Under the pieces are notes generated by a model. That model had not been told where the DNA came from and made no database searches. It saw nothing but the letters and a program-made list of their open reading frames with translations. The translations under genes were made by a program, and so were the position numbers. Of a DNA stretch of 64,000 nucleotides, positions 56,727 through 64,000 are shown in pieces. The stretch comes from Pseudomonadota bacterium. GTDB taxonomy: Bacteria > Pseudomonadota > Gammaproteobacteria > Burkholderiales > Burkholderiaceae_A. Numbering within the stretch: the stretch's first letter is position 1; each line of letters opens with the position of its first letter. The DNA lies in assembly GCA_041165705.1 (NCBI GenBank), contig JBEAMW010000062.1:1580-65579 (forward strand), written 5' to 3'.

Positions 56727-58685
56727 CAGAAACGCCCTCGCCTCTTCGAGGCTGCGGGTTCGACGAAAGGGCGGGAGGCTTCTTAGCATCCGCCTGCCGT
56801 AGGCGGTCTCGGCGAGGCGCCGATCCCCCACCACCAGCAGGCCACGGTCGGTTTCCGTTCGAATCAGCCTGCCAACCCCCTGCTTCAGCATCAGGGTGGC
56901 CTCGGGCAGCTGAATCTGATTAAACGGGTCTCCCCCTCGCGCTCTGCACTGGCTCAGTCTCGCCTCGAGGACCGGATCGTCGGGCGGCGCAAAGGGTAGC
57001 TTGTCAATCATCACGAGGCTGAGCGCGTCGCCGGGCACATCAACGCCCTCCCAGAAGCTTGCGCTGCCCACGAGCAGGGCACGACCGTTCTCACGAAATC
57101 GCTGCAGGAGGTGGTCGCGAGGGGCGCTGCCCTGGATGAGCACCAGCCTCCCTGCAGCTGGCGACCGGGCCTGATTGAGCCACTGGGCCGCCTGGTCGAC
57201 CGCCCGAAGGCTGGTACAGAGCAAGAAAATTCCGCCCTGCGCATCTCGTATCAGGCCCGAGATGCCAGGCATTTCTAGGAGCTGGACCACAAGCTGCGGC
57301 TGCTTCGGATCGGGAAGGCCCTCGGGCACGAACAAGAGGCTCTGGCTTGAATAGTCGAATGGGCTCTCAAACCGCTCGCAGGATGCCTCCTCAAGCCCCA
57401 TCTGTGAACAGAAGTAGGAAAAATCACCCTGGGCCGCCTGAGGTGGCGCTGGCACGGTGAGGGTTGCTGAGAGAAAGACCCAGGCGGCTCGCTCTGTGGA
57501 CTCCCAGATCTCTCGAAGCCGTGGCGCAGCGTCCAGCGGGGACCAATGGAGGCTAAGACTCTGTCTCCCGGACTCGATCCAGTGCACCCCGAGCTCAGCC
57601 GCCTGACCGCCGGGCTGGAGCAGCTCAAGACGATCCTGGATCTGCTCAATACGCTCTTGCAGTCGCACCAACTCTGCATGCCGTTCGGCATTGACACAGA
57701 GCGCCATGTGAAGCGGGGCGAGCGCCTCCGAGATCCGCAGAATGGCCTGCTCAAGCGCCGTCTGGGCCTCAGGAGTGAGCTGCTCCCACTTCAGTCGCCC
57801 TGCGGACAGGGCCGAGGAGAGGTCTGCCCGGAGCGCGAGAACGGAGGCCTCCAGCTGCCCACAGAGCCCTGCCCAGTCGGCACCGTCTCGCCCAAACTCA
57901 AGGCCAGCGACCAGCGTGTCCCGCGCAAGCAAGGCAAGCCCATGGGAGGAGAGGCTGAGCCCAAAGAACTGGAGGGCGGTATCCGGGAGCGCATGGGCCT
58001 CGTCCACCACCACAAGATCGACCTGAGGAAGGAGCTCCCCTTCCCCTTCTCGTCGAAGTGCAAGATCCGCGCAGAGAAGATGGTGGTTCACCACCACGAG
58101 CTCTGCCTTCTGGGCAGATTCGCGCGCGCGAATCACGGGGCACTCGCTGGCCTGCGGACATCGCTGTCCCAGGCAGTTATCCACGGTGCTGGTGACCAGG
58201 GGCCAGACCATGGACTGCTCCGAGACCGTTGTGCAGGCCGAGATATCCCCCTCGGGGCTGAGTACTGAAAACTGCACGATCTGACGAAGGTCGTGGACTT
58301 CCTGAGCAGACCCCAGCCGCCCCTCCTGCTTGGCGCGCTCGAGTCTATACGGGCAGAGATAGTTGGATCGTCCCTTCAGACGGGCAGTCTTGATTCCACT
58401 CAGCCCCATCGCTGAGAGCAGCCTCGGAAGGTCACGACTGAAGAGCTGGTCCTGAAGGGCGCGGCTGGCGGTGGAGATCAGCACGCGCTGTTGACTCAGA
58501 AGTGCGGGTACGAGATAGGCGAAAGTCTTGCCAATGCCTGTCCCCGCCTCTGCCACCAGCAGGCCTCGGCCAGCCAGGGTGCGGTCGATTGCTTCGGCCA
58601 GTGCGGACTGGGTCGGTCTGGTTCTGAAGCCTTCCAGCCGCTGCGCCAGAAGGCCGTCGGGTTCGAACCAGGCCCGCAGGCTCAA
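56706..58685 (-). CDS. DinG/YoaA-family Fe-S ATP-dependent DNA helicase
   Basis: EAGTGIGKT, Cys cluster (YLC...C....CP....CP), DEAH, SATL, FWEGVD and QGVGRLIR. Confidence 0.92.
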   Translation of the reverse strand: MSLRAWFEPDGLLAQRLEGFRTRPTQSALAEAIDRTLAGRGLLVAEAGTGIGKTFAYLVPALLSQQRVLISTASRALQDQLFSRDLPRLLSAMGLSGIKTARLKGRSNYLCPYRLERAKQEGRLGSAQEVHDLRQIVQFSVLSPEGDISACTTVSEQSMVWPLVTSTVDNCLGQRCPQASECPVIRARESAQKAELVVVNHHLLCADLALRREGEGELLPQVDLVVVDEAHALPDTALQFFGLSLSSHGLALLARDTLVAGLEFGRDGADWAGLCGQLEASVLALRADLSSALSAGRLKWEQLTPEAQTALEQAILRISEALAPLHMALCVNAERHAELVRLQERIEQIQDRLELLQPGGQAAELGVHWIESGRQSLSLHWSPLDAAPRLREIWESTERAAWVFLSATLTVPAPPQAAQGDFSYFCSQMGLEEASCERFESPFDYSSQSLLFVPEGLPDPKQPQLVVQLLEMPGISGLIRDAQGGIFLLCTSLRAVDQAAQWLNQARSPAAGRLVLIQGSAPRDHLLQRFRENGRALLVGSASFWEGVDVPGDALSLVMIDKLPFAPPDDPVLEARLSQCRARGGDPFNQIQLPEATLMLKQGVGRLIRTETDRGLLVVGDRRLAETAYGRRMLRSLPPFRRTRSLEEARAFLLPDLQS

Positions 58686-58895
58686 TTAGGCGGGCTCGCT
58701 GGGTCTGAGCTCGCCCATGAGCACGACAATCTGGTCTTTGATCTGCAGCTTTCGCTTTTTGAGCCGGCGCATGGCAAGTTCATCCACCTGAGGGCCCTGA
58801 TCCAGGCTGGCAATGAGCTGGTCGAGTTCGCGATGCTCGGCCTCAAGCTCGAGCAGCCGAATGCGGTGGGTGCGAATGTCCTGGCTAGCGCTCAT
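58686..58895 (-). CDS. YdcH/DUF465-family small protein
   Basis: EHRELD...I and RLKKRKL..KD.I; start MSASQD at 58895. Confidence 0.85.
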   Translation of the reverse strand: MSASQDIRTHRIRLLELEAEHRELDQLIASLDQGPQVDELAMRRLKKRKLQIKDQIVVLMGELRPSEPA

Positions 58896-59250
58896 TGAGC
58901 CCCTCCTGACGAGATGCTCGGGCGCGGCTGCGGGCAATTGCATCAATCCGGCGCACCGATTCCGAGAGTGACTCCGAGGCCAACAGCAGCGCTCGTTCGT
59001 CGCGGGCCTTCTGCTGGCGTACGGACTCCAGGCAGGACGACTGCACCCAGCGGGCAAGGCATGCAGCCCTGTCGGTGCGGGCGCGCTCTCGGATGGCCTC
59101 GGACTCCTGGTCGAGTTCAGAGAGGGCCTGAAGGGCCTTGGTTCGCTGCTGCGACTCCTGTGGCAGGAGCATCTCGGCCCAAGCGTCAGGGGAGCCGACG
59201 AGGGCGAGCCCTAGGACCATCAACAAGAGTGGAGACCGGCAGACAGACAT
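58885..59250 (-). CDS. Hypothetical exported helical protein
   Basis: Hydrophobic signal ending in AWA, a charged helical body and a Cx8C pair; fills the gap and overlaps the downstream gene. Confidence 0.6.
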   Translation of the reverse strand: MSVCRSPLLLMVLGLALVGSPDAWAEMLLPQESQQRTKALQALSELDQESEAIRERARTDRAACLARWVQSSCLESVRQQKARDERALLLASESLSESVRRIDAIARSRARASRQEGLNER

Positions 59251-59278
59251 ACGGCGATTATGGCACCCCTTAGGAGCT

Positions 59279-60439
59279 CTACCCAAGGGACGTCACGGTC
59301 TCTCGCTGCGGTCGAATGAGATAGGCCAGCGTCTGCATCTCTACCAGGCGACTCGCCGTCCTCTGGAATTCATTCGCGAGAACGCCGGAGGTGTAAAGCT
59401 GGTCTGGCGGTGCGGCTGCGGACAACGCCAGCCTTCGGCCCGCGTCGTAGCAGATGTCCACCAGCCAGGTAAAACGCCTCGCCTCCGAGGCCTGGGCTGC
59501 ACTCATCTGAGGCACATTCGAGACGAGAATCGTATGAAATCGCTCTGCAAGCCAGAGGTAGTCATTCTGCGACCTCGGTCCTCCACAGAGGTGCTCAAAC
59601 TCAAACCAGATCAGGCCCCCGGCCTGAAGACGGAATGGAACCTGTCGGCCGTCAAGGTCGAGACTGCCCTCTCTGTCTAAGTGGTCCCCGTCGGAGCATG
59701 CGGTGGCGATGTCCTCAAGGGCGGCCTCGGACCACTCACCCAGGGGGCATTGATAGAAACGGGGCAGAGCGGCCATGGTCTCCTGCAGGGCACCCGAGCC
59801 CGTAAGGGCTTGGGCAGCCTCCGTGCGGTGATCCGCCGGCGAAGCCAGCTCAATCACTTGAAGGTGTTCCTCCAGCAGGGCGATGGCGGGCAGGAGGCTT
59901 TCTCGATGGAGCCCATCGGGATAGAGACCGCTGGGCGGATAGTTGGAGGTCATCACAAAGCCCACGCGCGCGGCGATCAGCGCACTCAAGAGCCGCTCAA
60001 GGATCATCGCGTCGGCGATGTCTGAGATATGAAACTCATCGAAACAGATCAGCCGGTATCGACGGGCCACACGGGTCGCCACCTCATCCAAGGGGTTCTC
60101 AGTGCCTCTGAGGTCGTGCAGCTCACGATGAGTCGCGCGCATGAACTCATGGAAATGAATACGAATCTTCCGCTCGATCGACACCGAGTCGAAGAAGCAG
60201 TCCATCAGAAAGCTCTTGCCTCTCCCCACTCCGCCCCAGAGGTAGACACCCCTGGGAAGCGGAGGATGAATCAGCATTCGCGCGAGCCTTCCACCCCGGC
60301 GGCTCTTGTAGTGGGCCCACTCCTCACGGCAGTGGTCCAGGGCCTCCAGGCCTGGAAGCTGGCCTGCATCCAGACTAAATCCTCTCGAGGCGAGCCGAGC
60401 CTGCGCAATTGATGCGACCGTGGCCATAGCGCTTGGCAT
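59279..60439 (-). CDS. zapE: Cell division ATPase ZapE (AFG1 family)
   Basis: YLWGGVGRGKS, HFHEFM, CFDEFH, TSN and F.RT.SRL.EMQ. Confidence 0.94.
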   Translation of the reverse strand: MPSAMATVASIAQARLASRGFSLDAGQLPGLEALDHCREEWAHYKSRRGGRLARMLIHPPLPRGVYLWGGVGRGKSFLMDCFFDSVSIERKIRIHFHEFMRATHRELHDLRGTENPLDEVATRVARRYRLICFDEFHISDIADAMILERLLSALIAARVGFVMTSNYPPSGLYPDGLHRESLLPAIALLEEHLQVIELASPADHRTEAAQALTGSGALQETMAALPRFYQCPLGEWSEAALEDIATACSDGDHLDREGSLDLDGRQVPFRLQAGGLIWFEFEHLCGGPRSQNDYLWLAERFHTILVSNVPQMSAAQASEARRFTWLVDICYDAGRRLALSAAAPPDQLYTSGVLANEFQRTASRLVEMQTLAYLIRPQRETVTSLG

Positions 60440-61869
60440 TACATATTGAGGGCGCGCTTATCCACAGCGAGGGCCGCCTCGCGCATCACCTCAGACATCG
60501 ATGGGTGTGGGTGGCAGATGCGGGCGATGTCCTCGGAGGCCGCTTTGAACTCCATGGCGACTGCAGCCTCTGCGATGAGGTCGGACGCGTTGGCCGCCAC
60601 AATATGCACGCCAAGAATTTCATCGGTCTGTGCGTCTGCGAGAACCTTCACAAAGCCATCTGAGGCGTCCATGCCAAGGGCACGACCGTTGGCTGCAAAG
60701 GGAAACTGGCCGGCCTTGTAGGCGCGACCAGCAGCCTTCAGCTGCTGCTCAGTCTGACCCACCCACGCGATCTCGGGCGAGGTGTAGATCACCCAGGGGA
60801 TGCAGTTGTAGTCGATGTGGGGCTTCTGGCCGGCGATGAGCTCGGCCACCATGACGCCCTCGTCCTCGCCCTTGTGGGCCAACATCGGGCCACGCACCAC
60901 ATCACCAATGGCGAAGACGTTGGGCTTGGCGGTGCGACAGTGATCATCCACTGGAATGAAGCCACGCTCGTCGGTCTTGAGCCCAATCGCCTCAAGATTG
61001 AGGTTCTCGGTGTTGGGCACGCGGCCCACGGACACGATCAGGCGGTCGCATTCGAGTGTGTGGGCAGCGCCCTGCGCGTCGGTGTACTGCACCTTCACCA
61101 GCTTGGTGGTCTGCTTCACCTCACCAATCTTGACGCCCATGCTGAGCGAGAGCCCTTGCTGGGTGAAGAGCTTGTGCGCCTCCTTGGAAACCGCCTCGTC
61201 GCAGGCTCCCAGAAAACTGGGCATGGCCTCGAGCACAGTGACCTCGGAGCCCAGTCGCCGCCAGACCGACCCAAGCTCCAGTCCAATCACCCCGGCTCCG
61301 ATCACTCCGAGACGCTTGGGCACGGAGGGGAACTGAAGCGCCCCCTCGTTATCGCAGACCATGACATTGTCCACGGGGATGCTCGGCAGGTGTCGGGCCT
61401 TAGAGCCCGTGGCAATGATGAGGTGCTTGGCCGAGACCGACTCCACCGCGCCATCGGCTTGGACATCGAGCGTAATCTCGCTGCCCTGCTCTCCCGTGAT
61501 GCGGCCGTGTCCCTTGAGCCAGGTGATCTTGTTCTTGCGGAACAGAAATTCAATACCCTTGGTCATCTTGGACACGATGCCGTTCTTGCGGGCAAGCATC
61601 TTGGAGACATCCATGCTGGCACCCTTTACCGAGATGCCATGCACGTCCGCATGATGCTGAATCTTCTCAAACTCCTCGCTGGACGCCAGCAGAGCCTTGG
61701 AGGGGATGCAGCCCACATTCAGGCAGGTTCCACCCAGGACGGCCTGCCCCTCGGGATTAATCCATTTCTCGACACAGGCCGTTTTAAAGCCCAACTGTGC
61801 CGCACGGATGGCCGCGATATACCCCGCAGGGCCTGCCCCAATCACCACCACATCAAAGTTCTGTGCCAT
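60439..61869 (-). CDS. lpdA: Dihydrolipoamide dehydrogenase (E3)
   Basis: [33 protein letters not shown] and HPSMSE. Confidence 0.97.
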   Translation of the reverse strand: MAQNFDVVVIGAGPAGYIAAIRAAQLGFKTACVEKWINPEGQAVLGGTCLNVGCIPSKALLASSEEFEKIQHHADVHGISVKGASMDVSKMLARKNGIVSKMTKGIEFLFRKNKITWLKGHGRITGEQGSEITLDVQADGAVESVSAKHLIIATGSKARHLPSIPVDNVMVCDNEGALQFPSVPKRLGVIGAGVIGLELGSVWRRLGSEVTVLEAMPSFLGACDEAVSKEAHKLFTQQGLSLSMGVKIGEVKQTTKLVKVQYTDAQGAAHTLECDRLIVSVGRVPNTENLNLEAIGLKTDERGFIPVDDHCRTAKPNVFAIGDVVRGPMLAHKGEDEGVMVAELIAGQKPHIDYNCIPWVIYTSPEIAWVGQTEQQLKAAGRAYKAGQFPFAANGRALGMDASDGFVKVLADAQTDEILGVHIVAANASDLIAEAAVAMEFKAASEDIARICHPHPSMSEVMREAALAVDKRALNM

Positions 61870-61880
61870 GGGAGGTGTCC

Positions 61881-63122
61881 TCAGATCTCGAGCAGGAGAC
61901 GCGAGGGATCTTCGAGCGCCTCCTTCATGGTGACGAGGCCGAGCACGGCCTCACGCCCATCGATGATGCGATGGTCATAAGACATGGCCAGGTAGTTGAT
62001 GGGGCGCACCACCACCTGCCCGTTTTCCACCACGGCTCGATCCTTGGTGGCATGAATGCCAAGAATGGCCGACTGAGGCGGGTTGATGATCGGGGTGGAG
62101 AGCATAGACCCAAAGACCCCGCCGTTAGAGATCGAGAAGGTTCCCCCAGTGAGTTCTTCAAGGGTGATCTTTCCGTCTCGTGCACGAACGCCGAAGTCGG
62201 AGATTGTCTTTTCGATCTCCGCGAAGGTGAGCTGGTCTGCGTTACGGATGATGGGTACGACGAGGCCACGGGGTGAGCCCACGGCAACGCCAATGTCGAA
62301 GTAGCCGTGGTACACGATGTCATTGCCATCCACGGAGGCATTAAGCACCGGATACTTTTTGAGGGCGGCCACGGCAGCCTTGACGAAGAAGGACATAAAA
62401 CCAAGCTTGACGCCGTGCTCCTTTTCGAAGCGGTCTGCGTACTGCTTGCGCAGCGCCATCACCGGGGCCATGTTCACCTCATTGAAGGTGGTGAGGATGG
62501 CATTGGTGGCCTGAGACTGAAGCAGACGCTCAGCAACCCGAGCACGCAGTCGGGTCATGGGCACGCGCTGCTCTGGCCGTCCATCGAGCATCGCCTCTGC
62601 TCCGATGGACACGGCAACGGGTGGCAGGCTCGAGGCCACAGGGGCAGCGGGGATGGCTGCTGCAGGTGCGGCCTTGGGTGCGGAGGACGCAGCAATCACA
62701 TCCCCCTTGGTGATCCGGCCATCACGGCCACTTCCAGATGAGGGAGCAGCCCCGGTCTCCGCCATGAGCTTCGCTGCTGCCGGACTGGCCACTGCTGCAC
62801 CAGCAGGTGCCGCAACAGGCACCGCTGCGACCGCAGCTGCAGGAGCGGACGCGGCCGCTGCAGGGGCTGCACTGGCTTTGGCATCGGTGTCGATGATGGC
62901 GATCACCTCACCCGAGACCACGGTCCCGCCATCGCCTTTCATCACCTCGGTCATCACGCCTGCGGCGGGGGCAGGCACTTCGAGGACCACCTTGTCTGTC
63001 TCAATCTCGATCAGGATCTCGTCGACGGCGACGGCCTCACCGGGCTTCTTCTTCCACTGGAGCAGTGTGGCTTCGGCCACCGACTCGGACAGCTGAGGAA
63101 CTTTGACTTCGTGCTTAGGCAT
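61881..63122 (-). CDS. sucB: Dihydrolipoyllysine succinyltransferase (E2)
   Basis: Lipoyl motif [16 protein letters not shown] binding domain, TFNEV.M and YDHRIIDG. Confidence 0.97.
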   Translation of the reverse strand: MPKHEVKVPQLSESVAEATLLQWKKKPGEAVAVDEILIEIETDKVVLEVPAPAAGVMTEVMKGDGGTVVSGEVIAIIDTDAKASAAPAAAASAPAAAVAAVPVAAPAGAAVASPAAAKLMAETGAAPSSGSGRDGRITKGDVIAASSAPKAAPAAAIPAAPVASSLPPVAVSIGAEAMLDGRPEQRVPMTRLRARVAERLLQSQATNAILTTFNEVNMAPVMALRKQYADRFEKEHGVKLGFMSFFVKAAVAALKKYPVLNASVDGNDIVYHGYFDIGVAVGSPRGLVVPIIRNADQLTFAEIEKTISDFGVRARDGKITLEELTGGTFSISNGGVFGSMLSTPIINPPQSAILGIHATKDRAVVENGQVVVRPINYLAMSYDHRIIDGREAVLGLVTMKEALEDPSRLLLEI

Positions 63123-63161
63123 GACTTGGACTCTTTCGTAATGGGTTCAATCGACTCGGTC

Positions 63162-64000
63162 TTAGTTCTTGAGCTTGGCGAAGGCAGCCTCGAGGAGCTC
63201 CTTCTGACGCGCCAAGAACTTCTCGTAGTAGCCTGCGGCAGGGGATGCGGAGGCGGGACGGCCTGCATAGCCCAGCTTCATGGCAGCGGACATGTGTTCA
63301 CGCAGGTAGTGCTGAACCTGGAACCAGACACCCTGGTTCTGTGGCTCGTCCTGCACCCAGACCACTTCGGCGAGATTGGGGTAGCGCTTCATCTCTGCCT
63401 CAAACGCCTTGTGCGGGAAGGGATAGACCTGCTCGGTGCGAACGATCGCGACGTCTGCACGACCGCGCTCTTTACGCTCCCGAACCAGCTCGTAGTACAC
63501 CTTGCCCCAGCAGACGAGGAGACGCTTCACCTTTTTCGGATCAATCTCAGCGTCCACTTCACCAATCACCGTCTCAAACTTGCCCTTGGTGAATGCCTCG
63601 ATGGGTGAGGTGGCGTCCTTATTGCGAAGGAGCGACTTCGGCGTAAACACAATCAGAGGCTTGCGGAAGGACCGAATCATCTGCCGACGCAGCAGGTGGA
63701 AGATCTGTGAGGCGGAGGTGGGCTGGCAGAGCTGCATATTGGTATCCGCACAGAGCTGCATGAAACGCTCGGGGCGCGCCGAGGAGTGCTCAGGTCCCTG
63801 GCCTTCGTGGCCATGGGGCAGCAGCAGCGTGAGGCCACTCTGGCGCCCCCACTTCACCTCGCCTGAGGCGATGAACTGGTCGATCACAACCTGTGCGCCA
63901 TTGGCGAAGTCACCAAACTGCGCCTCCCAGATCACCAGCGTGTTGGGCTCTGCGGTGGAGTAGCCATACTCATAGCCCAGTACCGCCTCCTCTGACAGCA
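63162..64000 (-). CDS. sucA: 2-oxoglutarate dehydrogenase E1 (C-terminal part; start lies outside the window)
   Basis: WEAQFGDFANGAQ, GQGPEHSSAR, TPKSLLR, QDEP.NQG and SASPA.G. Confidence 0.96.
   Translation of the reverse strand, partial: LSEEAVLGYEYGYSTAEPNTLVIWEAQFGDFANGAQVVIDQFIASGEVKWGRQSGLTLLLPHGHEGQGPEHSSARPERFMQLCADTNMQLCQPTSASQIFHLLRRQMIRSFRKPLIVFTPKSLLRNKDATSPIEAFTKGKFETVIGEVDAEIDPKKVKRLLVCWGKVYYELVRERKERGRADVAIVRTEQVYPFPHKAFEAEMKRYPNLAEVVWVQDEPQNQGVWFQVQHYLREHMSAAMKLGYAGRPASASPAAGYYEKFLARQKELLEAAFAKLKN

Noticed and set aside
60817-61980. Other long antisense ORFs (this one; also 11864-12997, 2421-3344, 5349-6320)
   Set aside because: All lie opposite well-supported genes and are expected from stop-codon scarcity in high-GC DNA.
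62620-62880. Low-complexity GCA/GCT repeats in sucB
   Set aside because: They encode the normal Ala/Pro-rich E2 linkers.

Overview
GC-rich, very tightly packed core chromosome of a betaproteobacterium (Burkholderiales-like gene order). I found no mobile element, CRISPR array, tRNA or rRNA. Gene content in order: queF-dapD-arsC-dapE-prmB-gst (minus); smc-zipA-ligA-galU; glnD-map; rpsB-tsf-pyrH-frr-uppS-cdsA-dxr-rseP-bamA-skp-lpxD-fabZ-lpxA-lpxB-rnhB-trmH; ppsR/ppsA; an orphan LivK-like binding protein; smpB/ratA-ratB; guaB-guaA-tadA-L,D-transpeptidase; selO-msrB-yciB-bolA-PPIase; paaI-like/ygfZ; mltG-tmk-holB-tatD; phaC-phaB-phaR-rimO-bktB; rluD-pgeF/bamD; yoaA-like helicase; sucA(partial)-sucB-lpdA-zapE. 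The strongest non-coding signal is a XerC/D dif-like site at 48321-48348. Gene strand bias flips at that point, so the window probably spans the replication terminus. Other points worth checking are a pha cluster without phaA, an FNR-like box in the phaC promoter, -10 hexamers 6-8 nt before several start codons (candidate leaderless and bidirectional promoters), and convergent genes that share a CTAG stop. I did not find a clearly new biological system. All calls come from motif recognition by eye; no searches were run.
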